The notes beneath the pieces are model-generated. The model searched no databases. It saw only the letters and a list, made by a program, of their open reading frames with translations, and had not been told where the DNA came from. Positions 8,413 to 19,050 of a DNA stretch of 64,000 bases are shown here, one piece after another (position 1 is the stretch's first letter; each line of letters opens with the position of its first letter). The DNA is from Bacteroidia bacterium. Lineage in GTDB: Bacteria > Bacteroidota > Bacteroidia > B-17B0 > Aurantibacillaceae. The DNA is taken from positions 1,293-65,292 of the forward strand of contig JBDHZB010000006.1 in assembly GCA_039811645.1 (NCBI GenBank), read 5' to 3'. The position numbers and the translations under genes are program-made.

Positions 8413-11400
8413 TTATGCCTTTACAGCATCTGTCTTAATACTCTTTTTTTCAAAGTCCACTACTATTGGTGTAGAAATACACAATGAGGAGTATGTACCA
8501 ATAATACGTCCTATTAATAATGCAAATATAAATCCTCTGATGCTTTCACCTCCCCAAATAAATATTACAACAAGCACAAAGAATACGGTTAATGAAGTTA
8601 AAATAGTACGACTTAATGTACTGTTCAGAGCATAATTAATTAAGTTTATTCTTTCTTGTCCTTGCATGTCTGTTTTACCGGTTTCAGTTAGTTTCTCTCT
8701 GATACGGTCAAACACCACCACTGTTTCTGTCATGGTATAACCCATTACGGTTAATATAGCTGCAATAAAGTCTTGCCCGATTTCTAGTGAGAACGGCAGT
8801 ATTTTATCAAAAATAGTATAGCAGGATAGTACTACCAATACATCATGGAATAAAGCGATAACAGATCCCATACCATATTGCCATTTTTTGAATCGTATTA
8901 CTATGTATATAAACATTACAATACATGAGAATAAAATAGCTCCGTAAGCTCCATAAACAATATCTGTAGCAATGGTTGGACCTACTTTTTGCTGTTGCAT
9001 AATTTCATACTTCACGCCCATTGTACTTAATCCTTTGTTAAGTGTTTCTTCTGTTTCTTGGTCGGCTGTAGGCGAATTATCATCTACACGATAGGTAGTT
9101 GTAATTTTAACCTGATTGGCACTACCAATTGTTTTAACCTCCGGTGCTTCGTGGAATGCCTTGCTGAGTGAGGATTTTATTTCTTCTGTATTAATATCTT
9201 TTTCAAAGCGGATAGAATATGTTCTTCCTCCTTTAAAGTCAACACCTAGATTAAACCCACCATTTTTGAAATAGAAAACAATTCCTAACACAATAATAAC
9301 AGAAGAAAATATATAATATAGTTTCCTTCTTTCTACAAACTTAAAGTGAACATTTTTGAATGCGTTGCGTGTAAAGTTATTGTCAAATGTAACATCTTGT
9401 TTTTTCTTTAGCATCCATTCGAATACTAACCTGGATACTAATACGGCAGTAAACAGTGAAGAACCGATACCGATTAATAAGGTAGTGGCAAAGCCTTGTA
9501 CAGGACCGGAACCAAATGTCATTAATATAATTGCCAAAAGTGCTAAAGTAGCATTAGAGTCAATAATAGAAGACATGGCGTGTTTGTAGCCTTCTTTGAT
9601 GGCTTGGCTTATTGCTTTGCCTAAAGATAATTCTTCACGCACTCTTTCAAAGATAAGGATATTAGCATCTACCGCTAAACCTATCGTTAATACTATACCT
9701 GCAATACCCGGTAATGTAAGCACAGCTCCCAATGAAGTGAGTATCCCCATAATAAAAAACATATTAAGAATAAGTGCTATATCTGCAACAATACCTGCTT
9801 TGTTGTAGTATAATACCATAAAAACAAGAATAACAATTAATGCAATAACAAAAGAATATAAACCTGCCTGAATAGCTTCTTGACCTAATGTAGGACCTAC
9901 AATATTTTCTTCTACAATTCTTGCAGGCGCAGGTAGTTTTCCTGCACTTAATATTGCTACTAGTGCATCTGCTTCTTCCGGTGTAAAGTCTCCTGTAATC
10001 TGTGATTGCCCTCCGGATATTTCCGATTGCACACGTGGAGCAGAGAACACTAAGTTATCCATTACTACAGCAATACAACGACCTTGTTTATTGCCTTCCG
10101 GTTTATTAGAGCGAGTAAGTAGTTGCCATTTTTTTGCAGCATCACTATTCATTGTCATGCTAATGTATGGGTGCCCGCCACTTCTTTGGTCAAAGTCTTT
10201 ACGAGCATCAGTAATAATATCTCCATAAAGTGCTGCTTTACCATTCTTATCAGTAATTTTAATAGCGTGTAGTTCAAATGCTTCAATACCCTTGTCTTTA
10301 TCCATCATCTTTGGTTTAGCACTCCACATAAACTTCAACTTAGATGGAAAGAGACTTCTTACTTTAGGATTGTTAAGCCATGCGTTTACTTTTGCAGTAT
10401 CATTTTTAAATGCTAACCCTACAACAGAGCCGGGTGCAAAGTAATATTGTTTTCCATCGGAATAAACATTTGGTTTTAACGGTGATATTTGAGAGAATAA
10501 TGGATATTTTTTTGTAGCATTTTGATAAGCTGTATCTTGTTTAGGTTGTTGCGGTGCTGCAGCCGGTTTAATTGTAGAGTCGCTTTTTTTCTGTGCTGTG
10601 TCTTTTTTCTCTTTTTTTCCGGTTGCTATCTTTTCTTCTTTTTTATTTACAACTTTTACGGTATCTACCTTTGCAACAGCAGCCGTGTCAACTTTTGTAG
10701 ATGTTGTGTCTAATAATTGACGTACTTTATCGTTTGCTTTTTCTAAATACGGAGCGATTTCTGCATTTTCATAAGTTTCCCAAAACTCTAAGTTTGCTGT
10801 ACCTTGTAATAGCTCTCTTACTCTTGCTTTATCTTTCACGCCCGGTAGTTCTACTAAAATTCTTCCTGTATTTCCTAAAGAGCGGATATTTGGCTGAGTA
10901 ACACCAAAGCGGTCAATACGAGAACGTAATGTTTTTTCTGCATTACCAATAGACTCGTCCACTCTGGCTCTTAAAAATTTAATTAAGTCATCATTAGAGG
11001 CGTTATAGTCAATTTTTCCTTTATTTTCAGGGATTTGGAACAATGGTGCTAATCTGCCTGTCGGATTTATTTTTTGATACTCTTTGTAAAATAAGGTAAT
11101 AAAATCGTCATTATTAACTTTTCCAAATTTTGCTTGCGCTTCTTGTAATGCCTTGTTAAATGCAGGATCTTGTGAGCCATTGGTTAAAGCACGGATAATG
11201 TCCGGAACAGATACTTCTAAGGTTACGTTCATACCACCTTTTAAGTCCAACCCCAAGTTTAATTCTCTGCGTTTAATGTCTTCATAAGTATAGGAAGTAA
11301 TAAGAATATCGTAAACGGGTGTTTTTTTAATCGAATCTAAATACTTGTCTGTAATATGGGCTTTTACAGAATCTATAAATGAAGCGTACGCCGAAGGGTT

Positions 11401-11574
11401 GTTATGACTATATTCTTTTGCCAGTTTTTGATATATGGGAGATTGTACCATTTGCTCCGCATACTGCTCCGCTTCTTGCTCTACGTTTCTTGTTTTCCAT
11501 GTAAATGAAAGATAGAATATACATGCTAATGCCATTAAAACGGAAAAAACTTTAATAAAACCTTTGTTTTGCAT
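8413..11574 (-). CDS. secDF: Protein translocase subunit SecDF (fused SecD-SecF)
   Basis: 1053 aa. Has an N-terminal TM, a large periplasmic domain and two 6-TM SecD/SecF-type bundles (LNLGLDLKGG, GLAVDANILIFERVREE, VVVFDRIRE). Confidence 0.95.
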   Translation of the reverse strand: MQNKGFIKVFSVLMALACIFYLSFTWKTRNVEQEAEQYAEQMVQSPIYQKLAKEYSHNNPSAYASFIDSVKAHITDKYLDSIKKTPVYDILITSYTYEDIKRRELNLGLDLKGGMNVTLEVSVPDIIRALTNGSQDPAFNKALQEAQAKFGKVNNDDFITLFYKEYQKINPTGRLAPLFQIPENKGKIDYNASNDDLIKFLRARVDESIGNAEKTLRSRIDRFGVTQPNIRSLGNTGRILVELPGVKDKARVRELLQGTANLEFWETYENAEIAPYLEKANDKVRQLLDTTSTKVDTAAVAKVDTVKVVNKKEEKIATGKKEKKDTAQKKSDSTIKPAAAPQQPKQDTAYQNATKKYPLFSQISPLKPNVYSDGKQYYFAPGSVVGLAFKNDTAKVNAWLNNPKVRSLFPSKLKFMWSAKPKMMDKDKGIEAFELHAIKITDKNGKAALYGDIITDARKDFDQRSGGHPYISMTMNSDAAKKWQLLTRSNKPEGNKQGRCIAVVMDNLVFSAPRVQSEISGGQSQITGDFTPEEADALVAILSAGKLPAPARIVEENIVGPTLGQEAIQAGLYSFVIALIVILVFMVLYYNKAGIVADIALILNMFFIMGILTSLGAVLTLPGIAGIVLTIGLAVDANILIFERVREELSLGKAISQAIKEGYKHAMSSIIDSNATLALLAIILMTFGSGPVQGFATTLLIGIGSSLFTAVLVSRLVFEWMLKKKQDVTFDNNFTRNAFKNVHFKFVERRKLYYIFSSVIIVLGIVFYFKNGGFNLGVDFKGGRTYSIRFEKDINTEEIKSSLSKAFHEAPEVKTIGSANQVKITTTYRVDDNSPTADQETEETLNKGLSTMGVKYEIMQQQKVGPTIATDIVYGAYGAILFSCIVMFIYIVIRFKKWQYGMGSVIALFHDVLVVLSCYTIFDKILPFSLEIGQDFIAAILTVMGYTMTETVVVFDRIREKLTETGKTDMQGQERINLINYALNSTLSRTILTSLTVFFVLVVIFIWGGESIRGFIFALLIGRIIGTYSSLCISTPIVVDFEKKSIKTDAVKA

Positions 11575-11728
11575 ACAGTTGTTAAATTTTAAAAATTGGA
11601 GGGCAAATATGTATAAAATTTTCTAATTCACTAAAATTAATTTTACCTGTAAAAACTAATGCTCTCTAAGTGTATATTTCATTATGTAACGGATATTTAA
11701 TTTATTTGCACAAAGTTAATCGCATATT

Positions 11729-14062
11729 ATGAAAAAATACTTATCACTCTTTATTACATTTCTTTTTCTAAACCTATTCGGTCAAAATCAATTTACCTGC
11801 TATTATAAAGATTCCGGCAAATCGGCACGAGAGCATTTGGTTGATTTTCAAACCCTGACTTTAAAAGTAAAATTTGATACTTTAACTGCAAAAGTAATTG
11901 GGAATGTTATACATCAATTTATAGTAATGAGGGAAGGATTAGATTCCTTAATTTTAGATGCTGTAAAAATTAATATTAATCAGATAAAATTAGATGGGAA
12001 GCCTATTAATGATTTTTATTCAGAAAACAACCAACTTATTATTAAGTTTTCTCCATTAACAAGATTAAGCACACATAATATAGAAATTGATTATACCTGT
12101 CAACCAAAGAGAGGTTTATACTTTATAGGTTGGAATGATTCCTTACAATACTCAAAAAGGCAAATATGGACACAAGGACAAGGAATTGACAATCGCCAAT
12201 GGATTCCAATGTTTGATGATATGTCTGATAAAATAACCACAGATATTACAATTACTTTTGACAAAAAATACAAAGTACTTTCCAATGGCGTGTTTTTAGG
12301 AGAGAAAAATCTGCCAAATAATTTGAAAGAATGGCACTATAAAATGAATAAACCACATGCACCATATTTGATAATGCTTGGTATCGGTGATTATAAAATT
12401 AAACAAGTAAAAAGTAAAAGTGGTGTGAATATTAACCTTTGGTACTACCCCGAAAAAGAATATTGTGTGCCTTATACTTATCGTTATAGTGCAGAAATGA
12501 TGGATTTCTTAGAAAAAGAAACCGGCATCCCCTATCCTTGGGAAAACTATTCACAAATACCAGTGCAAGAGTATATGTACGGTGCTATGGAAAATACAAC
12601 AGCAACAGTATTTGGCGATTTTTTTCTGACAGATGAATACTCTATAAACGACAGAGATTACTTAGCTGTAAATGGACATGAATTAGCACACCAATGGTTT
12701 GGCGATTGTATTACTGCGCGTTCTACTGCACATGTTTGGCTTCAAGAAAGTTTTGCAACACATTATAATTGGCTGGTAGAAAAAGATTATTTCGGGCAAG
12801 ATCATTACGACTGGATTAGAAAAAGTGCTACCGATGGCATCTTAAAGGAATCAGAAAAGAATCTCTATCCCATTGTTCATTCAGAGGCAGGCTCTACAAG
12901 AATTTATCCAAAAGGAGCTTATGTATTGCACATGATAAAATATATCCTTGGAAAGAAAGAATATGATGCCGGCATTAAAAGATATTTACAAAAACATGCT
13001 TATCAAAATGTAGAAACAAAAGATTTGTGGCTGGCATTTTATGAAGAAACAGGTGTAAATTTAGATTGGTTTTTTGATGAGTGGCTATATAGAGGCGGAG
13101 AACCTCACTATACCGTAAGTTTTGATACGTATGAAAAAAACAATCAATCAATAGGAGTATTTAAGGTTTCGCAAACCCAACCATTTAAAGATAATGTCAA
13201 TCTATTCAAAATGCCCATCGTGTTTGAAATAGATTTTACTGATGGCTCTAAAATAACTAAGCAAGTAATGGTGGAAAATAAAGATCAGATAGTAGAGATT
13301 CCTTTTAGTAAAAATAAAAATATTGGTTTTGTGTTGTTTGATCCTAACAGTAACATCTTAAAGAAAGTTTCTTTTACAAAATCACTTGAAATGCTGAAAA
13401 ATCAAGTTACTTCGGCAAGTAATTTATTAGACAGATACGATGCAGTAATTGCTATGAGAAATATTAAACCAGAAGATAAAAGAAATCTTTTAATAGAACG
13501 CTTTAGTAAAGAAACACACCATAGTATTAAATCTGAAATAGTTTTTCAACTTATTAATGATACACTTAATACGGAAAGTTTAAAATTAATTCACAGCGCA
13601 TTGCAAGATAAAGATACAAGGGTAGTAAATGCCGTAATTAGTAATACAAAAAAAATACCAAGTATCTTAAAAGAAGATTATTACAAGGCTTTACAAACAA
13701 AATCATACAATATTATCTCACAAACCATGTGGCTGCTGTTTAGCAATTACCCAACAGAATATCAAAAAATTAATGATGCTGTTAAATCATTTAATCAAAC
13801 AACCGGAAAGATTGTTGAAATAACCACATTCGCCATTGACTATCTATCAACCAAAAACACAACATCATTAAACAAAATAATTTTGTACGCATCTCCGTCT
13901 TTTGAATTTAGAACAAGAATAAATGCATTTAATGCTTTAGTAAGCATAGACTACTACGATACAAAAGTCAAATCCTATTTAGAACAAGCAATAAATAGTG
14001 CCAACAATCGTCTTGCTGAGCCTGCCAAAGATGCATTAAAATACTTTGAAAAAAGAAAGTAG
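11729..14062 (+). CDS. M1-family zinc aminopeptidase (aminopeptidase N-like) with a C-terminal HEAT/ARM-like region
   Basis: Signal peptide; GAMENTTA exopeptidase motif and HELAHQWFG-X18-E zinc site. Confidence 0.9.
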   Translation: MKKYLSLFITFLFLNLFGQNQFTCYYKDSGKSAREHLVDFQTLTLKVKFDTLTAKVIGNVIHQFIVMREGLDSLILDAVKININQIKLDGKPINDFYSENNQLIIKFSPLTRLSTHNIEIDYTCQPKRGLYFIGWNDSLQYSKRQIWTQGQGIDNRQWIPMFDDMSDKITTDITITFDKKYKVLSNGVFLGEKNLPNNLKEWHYKMNKPHAPYLIMLGIGDYKIKQVKSKSGVNINLWYYPEKEYCVPYTYRYSAEMMDFLEKETGIPYPWENYSQIPVQEYMYGAMENTTATVFGDFFLTDEYSINDRDYLAVNGHELAHQWFGDCITARSTAHVWLQESFATHYNWLVEKDYFGQDHYDWIRKSATDGILKESEKNLYPIVHSEAGSTRIYPKGAYVLHMIKYILGKKEYDAGIKRYLQKHAYQNVETKDLWLAFYEETGVNLDWFFDEWLYRGGEPHYTVSFDTYEKNNQSIGVFKVSQTQPFKDNVNLFKMPIVFEIDFTDGSKITKQVMVENKDQIVEIPFSKNKNIGFVLFDPNSNILKKVSFTKSLEMLKNQVTSASNLLDRYDAVIAMRNIKPEDKRNLLIERFSKETHHSIKSEIVFQLINDTLNTESLKLIHSALQDKDTRVVNAVISNTKKIPSILKEDYYKALQTKSYNIISQTMWLLFSNYPTEYQKINDAVKSFNQTTGKIVEITTFAIDYLSTKNTTSLNKIILYASPSFEFRTRINAFNALVSIDYYDTKVKSYLEQAINSANNRLAEPAKDALKYFEKRK

Positions 14063-14067
14063 TAATA

Positions 14068-15519
14068 ATGAAAAGCATAAAGTTCAAAGAAAACAATCAT
14101 CTAATACTCTTAGCCGGTATAACAATTGCATTTGTAGTTTTTGCATACATTATTTCTATTGTTAAACATAATCAGTTTTTAAGCAATGGTTGGGACTTAG
14201 GAATCTACAATCAATACATGTATAAATTTTCGCACTTTAAAAATCCTATTGGAAGCGTGTATGCAAGATATGGAGAAAAAGGAGTTTTCTTTTTAGGCGA
14301 CCACATTACCTTGCTTCTGCCATTTGAGAGCCTTTTTAATTGGTTTTTAGGGCAGAATACATTGCTATATTTTCAGATATTTTATATTGTTGTGGGCGCA
14401 ATTGGTTTATACAAACTTATCTTATTAGAAACAAACTCTAAACCACTAAGTGCGTTGGCATATTTTTTAGTACTTTCTCATTATTCGGCATTCTCTGCAT
14501 TAGAATTTGATTTTCATACCAATATTAGTGGGGCAATGTTAGTGCCGTGGATATTATATTACAGCCTAAATCATAATTTACGTTTTTTCCTTATTGCTAC
14601 AATACTTTCTCTCTTATCTAAAGAAGACTCTGCGATTATTTTAATCTTTCTGAGTTTTTTTATGCTACTCTCAAATAGCAATAAAAAATACATTTATGCA
14701 TCGATATTATTTGGTGTGTCACTATTGTATTTTATTATTTGCTATAATATTATCTTAAAATCTTTTTCTCCTATAGAGTCCGGACAAGTAAGTAATTGGA
14801 GGTATGGACATATTTCTAATTCCATGAGTGGATTTTTTTCACAATTAATTAATAATCCGGGGAAATATCTTTCAATGATGTTTGACACACCGGAAAAACA
14901 GATAAAATTAAAATACTTTCTTTATACCGGAGGGATATTAGGATTAGCTAACCCAAAATATCTCCTTATGATATTACCTAACTTTATAATAAATAATTTA
15001 TCTGATACATGGGGAACATGGGGCAATATGTCTCACTATAATATTTTATTTGCTATATGGGTTCCTTATATGACAGTTTCTTTTTTAAGTACAATCAAAT
15101 ATAAATATATTACTGTTTTTTTATCTATCATAAGTATTTATTCAAATATTTACTTTTTAAGAGATAACTATTTTACAGATTGGTCTCGCTTTGATAAGGT
15201 ATTTCATTCTGAATATTATCATCAAAGGTATAATATCAAAGAAATTAAAGAAATGCTAAATCTTATACCATATAACGCTTCTGTGAGTGCATCTAATCAT
15301 CTTGTTCCACATTTAGCATTCCGAGATAAGTGTTATTACTTTCCTGAAGTTTATAACGCTGAATATATTGCAATAATTGAAAGTGATTGTAATGATAGAT
15401 TTTATTATTATCCAAATTCTTCAACTTGTTATTATGAAATCAATAAGTATAAAACAAACTCAAATTATAAAATTGTTTATAATAAAAATGCTGTTTTATT
15501 ACTAAAGCGAAAAGAATAA
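14068..15519 (+). CDS. Polytopic membrane protein, DUF2079-like
   Basis: 483 aa with more than 10 hydrophobic segments. The N-terminal GWDLGIYNQ motif is the one I associate with DUF2079. Function unknown. Confidence 0.6.
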   Translation: MKSIKFKENNHLILLAGITIAFVVFAYIISIVKHNQFLSNGWDLGIYNQYMYKFSHFKNPIGSVYARYGEKGVFFLGDHITLLLPFESLFNWFLGQNTLLYFQIFYIVVGAIGLYKLILLETNSKPLSALAYFLVLSHYSAFSALEFDFHTNISGAMLVPWILYYSLNHNLRFFLIATILSLLSKEDSAIILIFLSFFMLLSNSNKKYIYASILFGVSLLYFIICYNIILKSFSPIESGQVSNWRYGHISNSMSGFFSQLINNPGKYLSMMFDTPEKQIKLKYFLYTGGILGLANPKYLLMILPNFIINNLSDTWGTWGNMSHYNILFAIWVPYMTVSFLSTIKYKYITVFLSIISIYSNIYFLRDNYFTDWSRFDKVFHSEYYHQRYNIKEIKEMLNLIPYNASVSASNHLVPHLAFRDKCYYFPEVYNAEYIAIIESDCNDRFYYYPNSSTCYYEINKYKTNSNYKIVYNKNAVLLLKRKE

Positions 15520-15520
15520 T

Positions 15521-16663
15521 ATGTTATTAAACTTGCCTTATTTTGATAACAATGCTACTACAAAGCCTTACACAGAAGTAAATGACCTGATAAACTTATA
15601 TTCCGAAAAGTATTATGCAAATGTATCCTCAAAAAACCATCCATTAGGATGGGCTTCTAACGCAGCTTATAAAAATTTAATAGAAAGTATTGCCAAAATA
15701 TTAAATACTTCTGTTCAGAATATAATTATCACTTCTGGTGCAACAGAGGCTATTAGCTTAATTATTAAAGGACTGTATTTTCAGAACAAATCAGAGAAAA
15801 ATCATATTATATCGTGTGTTACAGAACACAGTGCTATTTTAGAAACATTAAGCTACCTTAAAAAGTTTCATAATGCAAACATTACGCTCTTAAATGTAGA
15901 TAAATTTGGCAAGATTAATTTAGATGAATTGAAAGAAATAATTACCGATAAAACATTATTAGTAACCTTAATGGCTGTAAACAACGAAACAGGAGTAATG
16001 CATCCTATTAAAGAAATCTATTCAATTACGCAACAATATCGCGTGCTGTTCTTTACCGATTCTACACAATATATTGGCAAATTACACCTACAGAATATTT
16101 ATGCAGATATTTTTTGTGGCAGCGCACATAAGTTTCACGGACCAAAGGGAATTGGATTTGCTGTTATAAAAAATATTGGAACAAAGGTTATTTTACATCC
16201 GCTCATTCATGGAGGGAATCAACAAGCATATCGCTCAGGAACCATTCCCTTACCACTTGTTGCAGGAATGTATGAAGCTCTGAGAATTTCTATGAAAGAT
16301 ATTGAAATCAATCAAAGAAATATTCAATCTATCAGAAATTATTTTGAAACACAACTGACTAGTTCATTTGATTGTATAATTAACTCAGCACCATCAGAAA
16401 GGATTTTTAATACCTCAAGTATTACATTTCATCAAAAATATTACAACACATTAATTAATCTATCTAAACGATATTGCTTTTCTCAAGGTTCTGCATGCTC
16501 TGACGGTAACGGGAAGCCATCTCATGTACTAACATCTATGGGCTTTAGTAAAGAGGAAATTAAAAATACGTTCCGATTTTCTTTCAGCCAATTTAATACC
16601 CTTACAGAAATAGATCAGTTCATTATCGACTTAAAAAAAAACTATGAGCAAGAAAATCATTGA
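15521..16663 (+). CDS. Cysteine desulfurase (class V aminotransferase, NifS/IscS-like)
   Basis: PLP-lysine motif SAHKFHGPKGIG and active-site Cys loop FSQGSACSDG. Confidence 0.88.
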   Translation: MLLNLPYFDNNATTKPYTEVNDLINLYSEKYYANVSSKNHPLGWASNAAYKNLIESIAKILNTSVQNIIITSGATEAISLIIKGLYFQNKSEKNHIISCVTEHSAILETLSYLKKFHNANITLLNVDKFGKINLDELKEIITDKTLLVTLMAVNNETGVMHPIKEIYSITQQYRVLFFTDSTQYIGKLHLQNIYADIFCGSAHKFHGPKGIGFAVIKNIGTKVILHPLIHGGNQQAYRSGTIPLPLVAGMYEALRISMKDIEINQRNIQSIRNYFETQLTSSFDCIINSAPSERIFNTSSITFHQKYYNTLINLSKRYCFSQGSACSDGNGKPSHVLTSMGFSKEEIKNTFRFSFSQFNTLTEIDQFIIDLKKNYEQENH

Positions 16664-17675
16664 TTTACGTAGTGATACCGTAACTAAGCCATCTAAAGAA
16701 ATGCTGGAAATGATGATGCACGCACAAGTTGGTGATGATGTATTTAATGAAGATCCTACTATTAATCAATTAGAAGCAATGGCTGCCGATATGTTTAACA
16801 AAGAAGCTGCGCTCTTTTGCACTAGCGGAACCATGTCTAATCAAATAGCTCTAAAACTACATACTCAACCCGGCGATGAAGTTATTTGCGATATTCATTC
16901 TCATATTTATCACTATGAAACAGGGGGAATGGCAGTGCATTCGGGTATTCAACCAAAGTTAATTAATACTCCTAATGGAATTCTAACTCCAAATCTTTTA
17001 AAAGATACTATTAATCCTTATGCCGATTGGCTTACGCAAACCTCTCTTATTTCTATTGAAAACACCGTTAACAGAGCGGGCGGAACTTATTATACCCTAC
17101 AGCAACTACAAAACATCTATAGTTTTGCACAAAATAATAATTTAAAAACACATATAGATGGTGCACGAATTTTTAATGCAATTACAGAAACAAATTACAC
17201 ACCAAAAGAGATTGGAAAATGTTGCAATACAATTTCTGTATGTCTATCAAAAGGATTGGGAGCACCTGTTGGCTCTTTATTGATTGGTTCTAAAGAAGAA
17301 ATAAAAAAAGCAAGAAGAATAAGAAAGCAAATGGGTGGAGGCATGCGTCAAGCGGGGATATTAGCTGCTGCCGGCATCTTTGCACTTAAATATAATATTA
17401 AAAAATTAAAAGAAGACCATCAAAAAGCCAAAATGCTTTTCGATACAATTAAGTCTTTACCTTATGTCAAAGAATGCAAACCTGTTTACACAAATATTAT
17501 TATTTTTACATTAAATGATAATATCAATCCACATGATTTTGAAGCCGCTCTACTAGAACAAAATATTAGAATTTCAGCTTTTGGAAAACGCACACTAAGA
17601 ATGGTAACACATCTTGATATATCACACGATGATATTATTTACACAACGGATATACTAAAAAACATAAACCCTTAG
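16644..17675 (+). CDS. ltaE: Low-specificity L-threonine aldolase
   Basis: DLRSDTVTKPS N-terminus, GTMSNQIAL, PLP-Lys region CLSKGLGAPVGS; 343 aa. Confidence 0.88.
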   Translation: MSKKIIDLRSDTVTKPSKEMLEMMMHAQVGDDVFNEDPTINQLEAMAADMFNKEAALFCTSGTMSNQIALKLHTQPGDEVICDIHSHIYHYETGGMAVHSGIQPKLINTPNGILTPNLLKDTINPYADWLTQTSLISIENTVNRAGGTYYTLQQLQNIYSFAQNNNLKTHIDGARIFNAITETNYTPKEIGKCCNTISVCLSKGLGAPVGSLLIGSKEEIKKARRIRKQMGGGMRQAGILAAAGIFALKYNIKKLKEDHQKAKMLFDTIKSLPYVKECKPVYTNIIIFTLNDNINPHDFEAALLEQNIRISAFGKRTLRMVTHLDISHDDIIYTTDILKNINP

Positions 17676-17694
17676 TTGTTCATATTTTTATACT

Positions 17695-17702
17695 TAACTT
17701 TG
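17695..17702 (+). promoter_or_regulatory. -7 promoter box TAACTTTG
   Basis: Exact TAnnTTTG match, 15 nt upstream of the ATG at 17718. Confidence 0.45.
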
Positions 17703-17717
17703 CCAAAAACAAATTCT

Positions 17718-18968
17718 ATGCGCCATTTTATTTCTTTAAGTTTAGTATTCTTTTCACTCACAATATTTGCTCAGAAAAAAAATATTAATGCCGCGTGGCG
17801 TGCTTTCACCGACTATCAAAGCACATTAAATGATAAGCCGGAGCTAAAATACCTGCTAAAAGCAAAGGAAAGTATTGACTTAGCTTACCAAAGTCCCGAC
17901 ACAAAAGAGGATTCTCGTACGCTGACTTATCAATCGCAAATTTATTATGAGCTATACAAATTCTATGATAAAAATCCTGACCCAACAATACCATCTATTC
18001 AATTTTTGAATACAGCGAATCAAAGTTTTCAAACTCTGAAAGAAAAACACCCTAAGGTTGCCGCTACCCCGGAACTTAATAATCTTGGCATTTTTCTTTT
18101 AAACTCTACCAATGAGCAAGCTATTAAATCTTTTAATAGTAAATCTTATAAAGATGCAACAGATTTATTTTTACAACATTATAATTTACAAAATGCGTTG
18201 TTCTCTAATAAACCTGATACTTCCGGTCTCTTTAATGCTTTTGTATGTGCTTACAAAGCTAATATCCCTGAAAAAGTAGAATCTATAAGCACTATGCTTA
18301 TTCAAAATAATTTCGCCAATATTAAAACCTATCAGTTACTTTATAGTTATTATCAGCACAACAAAGACACTATGAATCAACTTAAAACACTTGTTACTGC
18401 CAGAAAAAAATACCCTGATGATATGAACTTGCTTAATTTAGAAACTGATTATTTTATATCTACAAAAAATTATCCAAAAGCAATTTCTAACTTAGAGCAA
18501 ATCATACAAAAAGACTCTACCAATGCCATGTTACTTATGACTCTTGGAAATCTATATGATAATCTTGCGAATCAACGTATGAATACCAAGCAATATAATG
18601 ACAGCACCGAAAAATTATTTAATAAAACAGAATTGTATTATATGAGAGCTATCAATCATAAAAACAAACTTGATAATGAAAATGCGTTTACCTTATTGTA
18701 TAGTGTAGGGGCTTATTATACCAACTACGGTCTTTTTTATTACAACAGAAAAATGACTGAATTAAAAATTACAGAGATGTCTCAAAAACAAAAACCGGTT
18801 GAGGAAAAACGTAAAGAATACAACCAAAAAGCATTACCTTATCTTAAAGAAGCAGAGGCAATTAAGCCGGATGATAACACTATTATTACAGCTTTATACA
18901 GGGTATATGCTTTAATTGGAGATACAAAAAATGCTGATATTTATAAAAACAAGATGCTGAAAAAGTAA
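17718..18968 (+). CDS. Secreted TPR-like helical repeat protein, function unknown
   Basis: Signal peptide MRHFISLSLVFFSLTIFAQ. I prefer the ATG at 17718 because the track's TTG at 17676 lies upstream of the -7 box. Confidence 0.7.
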   Translation: MRHFISLSLVFFSLTIFAQKKNINAAWRAFTDYQSTLNDKPELKYLLKAKESIDLAYQSPDTKEDSRTLTYQSQIYYELYKFYDKNPDPTIPSIQFLNTANQSFQTLKEKHPKVAATPELNNLGIFLLNSTNEQAIKSFNSKSYKDATDLFLQHYNLQNALFSNKPDTSGLFNAFVCAYKANIPEKVESISTMLIQNNFANIKTYQLLYSYYQHNKDTMNQLKTLVTARKKYPDDMNLLNLETDYFISTKNYPKAISNLEQIIQKDSTNAMLLMTLGNLYDNLANQRMNTKQYNDSTEKLFNKTELYYMRAINHKNKLDNENAFTLLYSVGAYYTNYGLFYYNRKMTELKITEMSQKQKPVEEKRKEYNQKALPYLKEAEAIKPDDNTIITALYRVYALIGDTKNADIYKNKMLKK

Positions 18969-18992
18969 TTTTCTATTATTTTTTTTCTAAAT

Positions 18993-19026
18993 AAAAAAAA
19001 GCATCAGAAAATCTGATGCTTTTTTT
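18993..19026. terminator. Bidirectional intrinsic terminator between convergent genes
   Basis: A8 run, stem GCATCAG (19001-19007), loop AAAAT, stem CTGATGC (19013-19019), T7 run. Confidence 0.8.
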
Positions 19027-19050
19027 ATTATCATTTAATTGTCTAAGAGT

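Noticed and set aside
8396-10901. Plus-strand ORFs 8396-8635, 9356-9589, 9596-9808, 10522-10713 and 10701-10901
   Set aside because: All are antisense to the well-supported secDF gene. Their sequences are low-complexity or hydrophobic mirror images of it.
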